Assembly (NCBI GenBank): GCA_963663965.2
Contig: CAXXFK010000020.1
Span: 1-64,000 of the forward strand
Origin: Sedimentisphaerales bacterium
Lineage (GTDB): Bacteria > Planctomycetota > Phycisphaerae > Sedimentisphaerales > SM23-30
Reading direction: 5' to 3'
Length of the DNA: 64,000 bases
The notes below the pieces were generated by a model that searched no databases, was not told where the DNA came from, and was given only the letters and a program-made list of their open reading frames with translations. This document shows, one piece after another, positions 1-9,611 of the stretch (positions are counted from its first letter, which is position 1; the number at the start of each line of letters is the position of its first letter). A program made the translations under genes and the position numbers.

Positions 1-1314
1 GGGTTGTTTCCGCCAGTAGTCAGTCATCAGATTCATGCTGATATCATCATACGAAGGACAGGCAACAATATCCCGATGCCCGATCCGTAACAATTCCGGA
101 TGAGTGGCCAGATCGCCAAACACCGTGTAACCGCCCAGCCATTGTTCCCGGCCCCACTCCCGATACCAGGTTTTCAGGACATGACCTTCCCAGGCAAATT
201 TCCATTCATACCAGTAATCATCCATCAGCTGCGGTCCGGCGTTGGTGCCGTCGTCAGTGCCATACTTCATCCGGCAGCCGGTTCCCACACCATCAAAGCA
301 GACAAAGGCCTTGCGGCCGTCTTCCAGCTCAAAAGTAAAACCCAGTTCCAGATCGGACCGGCCCCATTGAGCGACTGTCGCGTTAAACTTCGCACGGGTG
401 TAATAAATCCAGTCTTCATCCGGCATGCGACCGTTGCTCTGCAGCCAGATGCCCGCCGAGGCATAATTTGGGTTGCCGCTGAAAATGTTGGTCGACAAAT
501 GACCATAACCATCCACCTGCTGCGATCCGGTATTACTCCAGAAAGACATATCGTATTCCATCCATTTGAGCGGGTGGATCATCGTATATCCAAACTCATC
601 TTCAAAAGTCTGTACCGGCAACGGTTCCGGTTCTGTTCCTGTCCAGTAATCCACATTCAAATACAGATTCAGATCATCATACGTTGAAGTACCCATCTCA
701 AGCGGCTGTCCAATTTGCAACGTTTTGGGATAAGTAAAAAATGAAGTAAAAATGGTAAACTCACCCAGCCAGGCCAGACGCCCCTTCTCCCGATACCAGC
801 CTTTCAATTCCACGCCATCCCACGAAAATTTCAATTCATAATCGAAATCACGCCATAAATAGGGACCATTCGCAATGTCCGTACTGCCAAACCGAATGCG
901 GCAGGCTGCCGGGCCATAAGGATCAAAACGCAAAAAAGCCCGGGTACCATCCGCCATCACAAAATAATAACCGGCATGAACCGCCGTCCAGTTGTAATTA
1001 CTGGCATTGAACCGGATCCCTGAATAATAAGTCCAGCTATTCAATCCTTCTGTCGTCGCCGATTCAATATAAGCCTGCGGCAGGGCCACTGGATTCCGTT
1101 GATAAATCGCCACCATCAACTCGCCGGCCTCGGTCGGTGTTACCTCACCACTATTAGTGGCAGGCTGATTATAAATTACATTCCATTTGGCCGGATCAAC
1201 CACCGCACTGGAAAAATCATCCTCCGGCCAGGCCGCGTAACACGGATGGACAAGTATCCAGAATACCATACTTAGAATAGACAAATTACCGACACATCGC
1301 CACATCGTTTTCAT
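1..1314 (-). CDS. Secreted protein with at least two tandem ~207-aa beta-rich repeats (partial, runs off window start)
   Basis: Not in the ORF track. Hand translation from ATG at 1314 (GGAGG upstream) stays open to position 1: MKTMWRCVGNLSILSMVFWILVHPCYA signal-like N-terminus, then two homologous units starting EDDFSSAVVDPAKW and EDEFGYTMIHPLKW. Confidence 0.85.
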   Translation of the reverse strand, partial: MKTMWRCVGNLSILSMVFWILVHPCYAAWPEDDFSSAVVDPAKWNVIYNQPATNSGEVTPTEAGELMVAIYQRNPVALPQAYIESATTEGLNSWTYYSGIRFNASNYNWTAVHAGYYFVMADGTRAFLRFDPYGPAACRIRFGSTDIANGPYLWRDFDYELKFSWDGVELKGWYREKGRLAWLGEFTIFTSFFTYPKTLQIGQPLEMGTSTYDDLNLYLNVDYWTGTEPEPLPVQTFEDEFGYTMIHPLKWMEYDMSFWSNTGSQQVDGYGHLSTNIFSGNPNYASAGIWLQSNGRMPDEDWIYYTRAKFNATVAQWGRSDLELGFTFELEDGRKAFVCFDGVGTGCRMKYGTDDGTNAGPQLMDDYWYEWKFAWEGHVLKTWYREWGREQWLGGYTVFGDLATHPELLRIGHRDIVACPSYDDISMNLMTDYWRKQP

Positions 1315-1358
1315 AACCTGCCTCCACATAAAATATAAAACTCATTAATATTCTAATC

Positions 1359-1376
1359 AGATATCGCGCGATATCT
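1359..1376. promoter_or_regulatory. Perfect 18-bp palindrome, candidate operator
   Basis: AGATATCGCGCGATATCT equals its own reverse complement; lies about 45 nt upstream of the ATG at 1314 in an AT-rich intergenic region. Confidence 0.5.
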
Positions 1377-1585
1377 CAGACTTTATGCCGAATGAAATGA
1401 AAAAATAAAAATTTGTATATAATCAGATAATATTCACGACACCTCAATAGATAATAGTCCGATAAAATCAGAATTCCACCCGCCGGGTTATAAAAACCAG
1501 ACTTTTTAAAAAACATCTGTAAATAATAAATTACCGGAATAAACCAGACCGAATACTAAATATTTTTTACTTTCAGCTCTAACTA

Positions 1586-4500
1586 TTACCTGAAATTAAG
1601 AGAAAGCCAGGAAAAATCATCGAAACTGACCCAGCCATCGCCACTCAAATCCGCACCACGACACAAACCGCAATCCGCATCCAGCCAGTTTTCGACCAGT
1701 CCCAACAAGTCAGCCAGTCCCCGTTCACCGGTAAACATATTAACCACCACCACCTGCAACGCCGCAATTGCCAGATCGCCCTGGCTATCCATCGCCCGTA
1801 TCACAAAGTCATTCTGACCAACATCGCTATCTCCCGGCATTCCTGATAATGTATCATCATCAGCAACAGTCAGCCAGTCCGGCCCGGCCAGCAACGCATA
1901 CTCCACCGTCTCGTTTGCAACCGCACGGCCCGTCAGACTCTCCTGATAAATCCGACCTTCCACCGCCTGTGCCATCATCGGATCAGCTTCAAACGAAACG
2001 CCACTTTGATAGTAAGGCCGCAGATACGCCCCGCTGATTACCTGCCTGGTAATACCGGGCCCCTGCCAGGCGACGGCAAAATTATCGCCGCCATTCCCCT
2101 CTTTCATCAACGCTTCAATATAATACTGTTTTCCGGCTTGCAAGGTCAGCTTAGGCGAAGTCTGTTCCGAAAATTTATCCCAGTCACGAGAACCGGCCCA
2201 ACCCGGTACCGAGGCGATTAACGCGGCATGTCCAGGCTGACCATCCAGACTGAACCACAACTCACCATTGTCATCGGTGGCGATCCAGAACTGGTAATCG
2301 CCGGTCACTGGCGGGATCAGCCAGCCACGGATCCGGGCGCCATAGCCTTCGGCATAGTTGGTATCGCCTTCAAAACTGAAGATAATACCAATCGTATCCG
2401 GATCATACCCGAATTTAGCGCTGCCGGTCAGCGCCGAAATACTGGTACTGCTGCCCAGATTGAGATAGCGCTCTTTTATCGCCCCCTGGCTGATCGAAAA
2501 AACATTCACATGCACCGCCCCGGCCACCGCGCCTTCTGCCCGGCCACTCGCCACATAATCAAACGAATCCTGTCCGGTAAAATTCACATCGGGCACATAG
2601 ATCAGCCGGCCGTCACCGTTATTGTATAACCTTCCATGACTCGGCTCACTGAAATCGTTCACCAACAACCTGGCTCCGCCTTCCAGCGTGGTATCATTGC
2701 CGGTGACATCGATCACCAATGCCTGATTGCGGCCGGTAACCCCCAGGTCATTATGTGCGGTAATGATATTCGTTGTCACATCAACCACAATACCATTTTC
2801 ATCTAATGTAAAACGATAATCATGATCACCGGTCTTGACACGGGTGATATACCCCCGGTCATTCCGCTCCAGCCAGGCCAGCGTTATATGATACTCAGCA
2901 TGTGGATAAGGCGAAGGGATACCATGCGTATCGCATAGCACGATTTTATTCAAACCAGCGGAAAGATAATCCAGAAACGTCACAACCTCGGTGATATTGG
3001 CTTTCATGGCCGGGATATGATTCTCCACACCCCGCCGCCAGCGATCGATCGCGCCCACCAGTCTGCCCTCGGCATGCATCCACTGATGGTTACCCTGGGT
3101 GGCCAGCGATTCCTGCGGCGCGCCATAAAACCACCCGATATTACCCCGCATGAAGGAAAGATCCTTCCAGGCGCTGCCCGGCCCGGTTGACCAGTAAGCG
3201 TCCCAGGCTTCATCCCAGGTCTGGCCGGCTTCATCCCACAATCCCACTGCTTTGAAATGCGCCTTGGTCGCGGTCCAGTCGTACCAGCCATCACTCCCGG
3301 CCACAATATCCGGGCCACCCGCCAATACCAGGAATTGGCCCCAGCGACGGCGCAGATCTTTGTTCGCCCGGCTGTTGACATAACCATCCAGACTATGCGT
3401 TGCTTCGTGCCCCATCACCAGCGTAAAATAATCGCCGCGATGTGCATTCGTGCCAAATACCGTCTGGATCGCGACATCCAGATCGCCCGCCCATTCATCC
3501 GCGTCGTTGCCGATTCCAAAATCAAAGGTATTTTTCGCGCCGGTAAATGAATTGACATGCCCGCCCCGGCCATCACCGCGATAATGGTTCAACGTTAACA
3601 TCGTATCCGGATGCTTGATCCTCGGTTCATAACGCATAAAATCGCGTATCGATTCCAGCATTCCCTGGGTTGCGTTCTGATTGTCACCGACATGCAAAGC
3701 CGATTCCAGATAAATGGTACGATGCAGTCCCGCTAATCCCACCGCGTTGGCTACCTTCAGTCGATGGCTCGGAGAATCCGGCAGCATCTGATGCATCGTT
3801 AACAGGTTCTGCCCGGCGATACTCGGCACATGATGATACGCCACCGTATCCAGCGGCGCGTTCATCTGCAAAAATGAATACCTGCCCACATGCGCGGCCA
3901 TCTGATCGAACATCAACTGACGCTCCGGCAATGTCGCCGCCTGCATATGCGAAATAATCGCCCGGCTGTTGGCATTGACCCGGTTCAACAGTTCCTGATT
4001 GTTCGCTTCCAGCGCCGGCCCCAGGTTCGTTAAATTGGCGTCATAGATCGCCTCGTTTTCCGCAAGACAATCCGCCACCGTTTTGGCCTGACCGTAGGCA
4101 AGATAGATCCGGTCACTGGCATAGCCGCCCATGATGATATCATAAACACCATCGTCATTGAAATCGGCGAAGTCCACCACCGCCCCATCTGTCAGCGCGT
4201 GCAGGTCCGGACTGACCCCGTCGCCATCGACGATCGACAGGTTCCCGCTCGGACCCAGATCATCATGCAACTGCGGATCGAACCAGTAGGTAATACTGCC
4301 CCAGTTGATCCCGCGCACAAAATCAATAACTCCGTTACGCGTCAGGTCAAACAGCCGGGGATACAGATTATACGAACTGCTGGTTAATACCTCATAAATC
4401 CCACTGTCAAATCGCGGACTGACTGCTGTTCCCACATTGCGATACGCCCGCATCTCACCGGACCACGCGCCTGTCACGATATCCGACAACCCATCGCCAT

Positions 4501-6007
4501 CCCAGTCACCGGCATCAAATCGCTGGTCCGGCAAAACAAAATCACTGCCGGCCGGTGTTTTCACGAATGACGACGCCGCAAAAACCGGTACCGCACCGCT
4601 GGCAGCAGTATTGCGATACACCCGGATCTTACGACTGCTATCGACCAGTATCAGATCTTTAATGCCATCACCGGTCATATCTGCCAACGCCATGGTCAGC
4701 ATCCCGCTGCCCAGCGAAATCGTCTGCCCGCCGGCAGTTACACGGACACCCGCCGCCAATACTACCGAACTTGCTGTCCCATTGTTCACATAAAGCCAGA
4801 CCTTGCCGCCATGACTCACCAGCAAATCCTGATCACCATCACCGTCCCAGTCCAGCACACGCGGGGTGCGGCTTCCACTTAAAACAAGATCACTGCCACC
4901 CGCTTGTAACGCCTGAAAATCGACAAAGCTCGTGGTCCGGTTAGACGCATCCGCGTCCGGCGCCGCCAAGATCTTCAGATTCATCGTTGCCCGGCTGAAT
5001 CCGCCCCGGCCATCTTCGATCGTTACCACAAACCGGTCATCACCGGTAAATCCACCATCAGCCGCATACGTAAAAGTCCCATCCCCGTTATCTGTCACCA
5101 CCCCATGCTCAGCCTGAGAAAAACCAACCACTCCCAGCGCATCCCGTTCCGAATCATAAGTCTTAAAAAAAATACTCTCCGTTGCAAATGCCTGATCGTT
5201 TGTTCCCTGGGTCAGCGTGTCCCAGGCCTTGGGCGCGTGATTATCCATCAGTTGCCCCACCATTCCACCGTCGATCACCCGATCAAAAACATACACCTGA
5301 TCCAACCGCCCCTGATAATAACCCGAAACACCATTGGTATTTTCGATACGTCCCAGACTGTTAAACGCAGAAGTAATAATGCCAGCCGGACCGACAGCCG
5401 AATCAGACATTTTTCCATCAACATAAAGTTGTGCCGCGCCGCTTTCATGATTCCGTGTGATTGCAATATGATGCCACTGACCATCATTAATCGCCTTGCC
5501 GCTGCGCACCACCAGCGTTCCGCCCACCGATAACGCCATCCTTCCATCCTGATCGATCCAGCCCCACTGAACATCGGCAGTACCGGCCGTCACACCCACC
5601 ACACCCGGACTGACGCGGCCACTGACCCCGCCGGTTTGAATCGTTCGAATCCAGAACACCAGTGACGCACTACGACCCAGCGGATTCGATAAATCACCCG
5701 CTACCGAAACATAATTCGAAACACCGTCAAATTCCAATCCGCTGAACTGCTCACCCGACACCCAGTTTCCACTCCCCATATCCACTAACGTCGCTAAGTC
5801 ACCAGACACACTGTCCCAAACCTGCGTCACTGCGCAGACACTGCCAAACGGATCATCATGCCAGTCCGGCCCCTCATCAAAATTCCAGTGATGCACCATC
5901 CCCGCCGGAATCGCCCATCCCGCCTGCACCATCGTCAGCAACACCAGCGCCAACAAAAACCGTACCGATAAACCAAAACCGCAACGATGATCACATCGAT
6001 ATATCAT
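1586..6007 (-). CDS. Large secreted multidomain protein: LamG/ConA-like, Ig-like, FG-GAP/VCBS repeats, HExxH-containing domain, Ig-like, PA14, Ig-like, dockerin-like tail
   Basis: Signal peptide; HHWNFDEG...GQWHHIA...LYVDG (LamG); HGVVTDNGDGTFTY (Ig-like); DWDGDGDQDL-type repeats; GHEATHSLD; GDYQFWIATDDNGEL...GGDNFAVAWQGPG (PA14); ADLSGDGWVSFDDF tail; AGGAG RBS. Confidence 0.88.
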   Translation of the reverse strand: MIYRCDHRCGFGLSVRFLLALVLLTMVQAGWAIPAGMVHHWNFDEGPDWHDDPFGSVCAVTQVWDSVSGDLATLVDMGSGNWVSGEQFSGLEFDGVSNYVSVAGDLSNPLGRSASLVFWIRTIQTGGVSGRVSPGVVGVTAGTADVQWGWIDQDGRMALSVGGTLVVRSGKAINDGQWHHIAITRNHESGAAQLYVDGKMSDSAVGPAGIITSAFNSLGRIENTNGVSGYYQGRLDQVYVFDRVIDGGMVGQLMDNHAPKAWDTLTQGTNDQAFATESIFFKTYDSERDALGVVGFSQAEHGVVTDNGDGTFTYAADGGFTGDDRFVVTIEDGRGGFSRATMNLKILAAPDADASNRTTSFVDFQALQAGGSDLVLSGSRTPRVLDWDGDGDQDLLVSHGGKVWLYVNNGTASSVVLAAGVRVTAGGQTISLGSGMLTMALADMTGDGIKDLILVDSSRKIRVYRNTAASGAVPVFAASSFVKTPAGSDFVLPDQRFDAGDWDGDGLSDIVTGAWSGEMRAYRNVGTAVSPRFDSGIYEVLTSSSYNLYPRLFDLTRNGVIDFVRGINWGSITYWFDPQLHDDLGPSGNLSIVDGDGVSPDLHALTDGAVVDFADFNDDGVYDIIMGGYASDRIYLAYGQAKTVADCLAENEAIYDANLTNLGPALEANNQELLNRVNANSRAIISHMQAATLPERQLMFDQMAAHVGRYSFLQMNAPLDTVAYHHVPSIAGQNLLTMHQMLPDSPSHRLKVANAVGLAGLHRTIYLESALHVGDNQNATQGMLESIRDFMRYEPRIKHPDTMLTLNHYRGDGRGGHVNSFTGAKNTFDFGIGNDADEWAGDLDVAIQTVFGTNAHRGDYFTLVMGHEATHSLDGYVNSRANKDLRRRWGQFLVLAGGPDIVAGSDGWYDWTATKAHFKAVGLWDEAGQTWDEAWDAYWSTGPGSAWKDLSFMRGNIGWFYGAPQESLATQGNHQWMHAEGRLVGAIDRWRRGVENHIPAMKANITEVVTFLDYLSAGLNKIVLCDTHGIPSPYPHAEYHITLAWLERNDRGYITRVKTGDHDYRFTLDENGIVVDVTTNIITAHNDLGVTGRNQALVIDVTGNDTTLEGGARLLVNDFSEPSHGRLYNNGDGRLIYVPDVNFTGQDSFDYVASGRAEGAVAGAVHVNVFSISQGAIKERYLNLGSSTSISALTGSAKFGYDPDTIGIIFSFEGDTNYAEGYGARIRGWLIPPVTGDYQFWIATDDNGELWFSLDGQPGHAALIASVPGWAGSRDWDKFSEQTSPKLTLQAGKQYYIEALMKEGNGGDNFAVAWQGPGITRQVISGAYLRPYYQSGVSFEADPMMAQAVEGRIYQESLTGRAVANETVEYALLAGPDWLTVADDDTLSGMPGDSDVGQNDFVIRAMDSQGDLAIAALQVVVVNMFTGERGLADLLGLVENWLDADCGLCRGADLSGDGWVSFDDFSWLSLNFR

Positions 6008-6238
6008 GGGGTAGTCTCCTGGTCATGGATGGAATGTAAAAATTATCATATCTAAGGGCGTGTAATCAAGGCGTTCAGCCCTGCATTCCATCCTATTATA
6101 GGATAATATCGGCCATATTCGAATAGACCAAAGTATGATTATGATTGATAATCGTAATCCGCTGACCCGATTATCTGGAACGTCCAAACTGACAAACCGC
6201 CTGTCAGCCATTAAATCGAATTTTATTACTAACAATAA

Positions 6239-6267
6239 AGGAACGATCCCGAAGAGGAACCGTTCCT
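6239..6267 (-). terminator. Probable intrinsic terminator downstream of the GH116 gene
   Basis: Minus strand AGGAACGGTTCC-TCTTC-GGGATCGTTCCT hairpin followed by TTATTGTT, about 55 nt after the stop at 6322. Confidence 0.55.
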
Positions 6268-6321
6268 GCCAATATTGTCCGTACATTCAATTTATCGGTC
6301 GCTAATACTAACGATGCGGCT

Positions 6322-9300
6322 TCATCTGGTCAGACGCATCTCCTTACCCGACACCATCACCCGTTTGACATCCAGCGTCCCGCTTTTCATCTCCACAAAC
6401 GGCTTGCCATTGCGCAGCCCCACCGTTCCAAATCCGCCGGCCGTCGCCAGAAAACTGCGAAACGTTTCACCCACCTTCGAATCGATGGTCAGCGTCTTAT
6501 CGACGGCGTCATAACGCACACCCGTCAAGCCCTGGATCAGACCATAGCTGCTCATCGCCCGCGCGTACCAGTGCCCGCACTCATATTCATTAAACGGATT
6601 GCGCACCCGGCCGTCATACCGGTCACGGCACACCCGCACAATCTCCAGCCCCTTCTCCGCCATGCCCTCCAGCATCAGGTGCGACGCCACCTGATATTCG
6701 ATCCCGGTCCACACCTCGTTGCTGTAGACAAACGGGATCGACAGCGCCCCACCCCGCGGCCAGGTACACAGCAGCAGACCGCCCTCATGACCCAGCGCGT
6801 AAGAGGGCCGCTGCGGATTGACATGATCGTAAAGATCCAGTTTCAAATTGTACTGGTGAATCGCGTTCAGGTTGCTCTTCACTTTCGCCGGATCGACAAT
6901 CTCACCCAATCCGCACACCTGCGCCATCCACAATCCCAGCACGCCATCCGACAGACATCCCGTCCCATACTGATACTTGGGCCCCTGCTGATTCAATTGC
7001 TTGACAATCGCCTGATAGCCCGAGCCATTACCGCTCGCGTTCAGAGCGCTAAACGTCGCGTTCAAACCTTCCGTCTGTATGATCTGATAAAAATATTCAC
7101 CGTTATATAAACGCGTCTCCATAAACTCCCGACCGCGCGTCAACAGATTACGGTAACGCGCCACATCATCGCCCAGGTACGCGCCCATCGCCACGGCCGC
7201 TTTCAGCGCCCCCAGGTAAAAACTGGTGCAATGCCCATCCGGCCCCCAGTATTCGATATCGTAGGTATTATGATGCGGCTCTTCCAGTGCGCCCACGCCG
7301 CGCGGATCCCACGTCTCGATACAATAATCCAGGCTCTGCTTCACTTTCGGCCACATCTTCTTCAGCCACGCATCATCCCCGCCAATCCGCCATTCCCGAT
7401 ACACTTTCATGATCCCGCCCAACTGACCATCCGCCGCCGCGTGAAAGGTATGCGCCACCGGCCGGATCGGCAGCGCCGACCGGAACGTCTGATGCCCCTC
7501 GGCGCTCTGGCTCTCGAAAAATTCCGTATTACGCAACGATCGCTCCAACTCCGGAAACAGATGACAGATCGCCTGGGCATAATTCCACACATGCGTACAC
7601 GACCCCGCGCAACACCCGCTGCTGTCACCGCACCCTTCCCAGCACCACAGCCGCCCGTTTTTCTGACGCATCACCGTCGGCGATTTCAAAATCGTCAGAT
7701 TCGCCGCCGCCGCTTCCACCACCTCCGGCGGCAGAGTGGTATCATAAAACGCCTGGCTGAACGCCATCGTCCGCGCCCGCAGATCTTCATAATGATCCCG
7801 CCAGAATCCCGCCACCTGCTGGATCGTCTCAAACTTCCCGGTGTACCACGGCTCATAATACGTCGATACTTCACACTCACCATCCGGACAGCATGCCTCC
7901 GGCGCCGGCGGACCCTGGGCCACCCAATCGCCAAAATCGCCGCCCTCAAAATCCTGCAACACCCGAACCCCCGCCCGGCCGCTGCGGGCCTGGGCCGCCG
8001 ATTCCAGTTTCTGTTCGCTGATCACAATCTGATCGACATTAATATGCCCCCAGGCCCCGGTCGCCTCATCCACAATCTTGATCTGACCCCGCTGACCCCG
8101 CCACGGCTTCACCTCCCAGGTGACCCAGTCCAGCCGCTCGGCATTTTTACCCGTCGCCGACTTCACCACCTTGCCGCCTACTACCAGATTGACACAGGTC
8201 TTGCCGGCCATATCGCCGCCACCCACCAGAAACTGGATATAATCGCCATCAATGGTAAACTCCGGCGAGGTCAGCGTTCCGGTTAAACCATCCCCGCCCG
8301 GATCGTAACTGTTAACCAGCCCTTTCCCGACAAACCCCGTCACATCCTGCTGACTGGCCGCTGTTCCTTTGGACGGCCCGTACCCAAACGCCGGCCCGGC
8401 CGCTTCGCCATCCTTACCATAGCGCATCGTGGTCTGCGGTACATACCACGCCATCATCAACCGCACCGTCTTTGCCTCGCCCGGCCGCAGACTCATCGGC
8501 ACAAACAGCGACGCGCCCGGACACTCACCCGTCACCGGCGGATTGTCCATCATCTCCCCGCTGGCAATTGTCTGCCAGGCCAGTGTCAGCGAATCCCACC
8601 AGCCGCCCTTAAACCAGCAATGATCCACTACCGTCCGGTTATCATCGGTATAAAACGCGAATCCACCTTCCTGCGACTCGCCCCCCTGCCACAAAATAAA
8701 CCCGTTTTTGACCGGCAGGATCGTATTGCCCTTGCCCGTCTCCATGAAATTTTTCGTATTCAACGAGAACACCGCCTCCACCGCCCGGCCCGTTGGATTC
8801 TTAAATCGATATTCCAGCGCCCCCACCGGCAGCGACGAGGCATCCGCGTCACCCGGCACAAACGGGCTCCAACCCGTCAGCGCCACCTCCAGCGGGATCT
8901 CATCATCCGTCAGCGTTACCGTCCCAAACGGGAACCGCGCCAGAAAACTCGCCGCCTCGAACCGCGGCAGCCCATAACTTCTGCCTGACGCGCCATTACC
9001 CCGCCCCGGCGAACCAAACACCTTCCAGCCCGGCACCGGCCCTTCCAGCACCTTCGCCACCGCCCCCGACTCACTCTTCACACACAACGCCGCGAAGGTA
9101 CACGGCTCATTAAAAACATCCATCTTATGCCGCACCGACACATGCGACAGACACCCCGTCCCCTCCAGACACACCATCCCGGCGCCCATCCCCCCCAGCG
9201 GAAACGCCACCCGGTTCAAATACTCACCCTCATAACTGCCATTATACTCACGCTCACCAACCGCCACACCCATCGACACCAGCAGCATCACCACCATAAC

Positions 9301-9327
9301 GACCAGAATTCTGCTTTGTTTAGCCAT
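6322..9327 (-). CDS. Glycoside hydrolase family 116 (GBA2-like beta-glucosidase) with inserted accessory beta-sandwich
   Basis: VAFPLGGMGAG N-terminal motif, WCWEGC...CAGSCTHVWNYAQ, ADGQLG, HNTYDIE, SNEVWTGIEY, NPFNEYECGHWYARAMSS. Start reassigned to MAKQSR (9327), which has a GAGG RBS and a signal peptide. Confidence 0.9.
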   Translation of the reverse strand: MAKQSRILVVMVVMLLVSMGVAVGEREYNGSYEGEYLNRVAFPLGGMGAGMVCLEGTGCLSHVSVRHKMDVFNEPCTFAALCVKSESGAVAKVLEGPVPGWKVFGSPGRGNGASGRSYGLPRFEAASFLARFPFGTVTLTDDEIPLEVALTGWSPFVPGDADASSLPVGALEYRFKNPTGRAVEAVFSLNTKNFMETGKGNTILPVKNGFILWQGGESQEGGFAFYTDDNRTVVDHCWFKGGWWDSLTLAWQTIASGEMMDNPPVTGECPGASLFVPMSLRPGEAKTVRLMMAWYVPQTTMRYGKDGEAAGPAFGYGPSKGTAASQQDVTGFVGKGLVNSYDPGGDGLTGTLTSPEFTIDGDYIQFLVGGGDMAGKTCVNLVVGGKVVKSATGKNAERLDWVTWEVKPWRGQRGQIKIVDEATGAWGHINVDQIVISEQKLESAAQARSGRAGVRVLQDFEGGDFGDWVAQGPPAPEACCPDGECEVSTYYEPWYTGKFETIQQVAGFWRDHYEDLRARTMAFSQAFYDTTLPPEVVEAAAANLTILKSPTVMRQKNGRLWCWEGCGDSSGCCAGSCTHVWNYAQAICHLFPELERSLRNTEFFESQSAEGHQTFRSALPIRPVAHTFHAAADGQLGGIMKVYREWRIGGDDAWLKKMWPKVKQSLDYCIETWDPRGVGALEEPHHNTYDIEYWGPDGHCTSFYLGALKAAVAMGAYLGDDVARYRNLLTRGREFMETRLYNGEYFYQIIQTEGLNATFSALNASGNGSGYQAIVKQLNQQGPKYQYGTGCLSDGVLGLWMAQVCGLGEIVDPAKVKSNLNAIHQYNLKLDLYDHVNPQRPSYALGHEGGLLLCTWPRGGALSIPFVYSNEVWTGIEYQVASHLMLEGMAEKGLEIVRVCRDRYDGRVRNPFNEYECGHWYARAMSSYGLIQGLTGVRYDAVDKTLTIDSKVGETFRSFLATAGGFGTVGLRNGKPFVEMKSGTLDVKRVMVSGKEMRLTR

Positions 9328-9497
9328 GATTAATCCTCGCAAATAAGAGAACCGGGAATCTATATTCGATACGCAAACAAACCATCGCTCAAATCGAGCA
9401 AGCGCCATAATACCACACCATCCCCCAGACCGCAATAATGTTCCGAAACAATCCTGAAACGATCCCACTCACAAGGCCATCCACCACATGAAGCTCA

Positions 9498-9535
9498 CGT
9501 ACGGATTTTACGTATGGAGCTTACGCTTCAGCGTG
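9498..9535 (+). repeat. REP-like direct repeat copy 1
   Basis: CGTACGGATTTTACGTATGGAGCTTACGCTTCAGCGTG; 29/38 identical to 11276-11313; ends in a short ACGCT..AGCGT hairpin preceded by GGAG. Confidence 0.55.
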
Positions 9536-9611
9536 TGTATTTATTCCCATTGGAATAAGAAATCCCTCAAGGCTATCTGCCAATTTTTAGCTGGTACCAA
9601 TACACTGCCGG

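Noticed and set aside
100..687. Plus-strand 195-aa ORF and other long antisense ORFs (e.g. 7231-8286, 9696-10457)
   Set aside because: Shadows of well-supported minus-strand genes, with no recognisable motifs.
9328..9468. N-terminal extension of the GH116 ORF
   Set aside because: RBS and signal peptide support a start at 9327.
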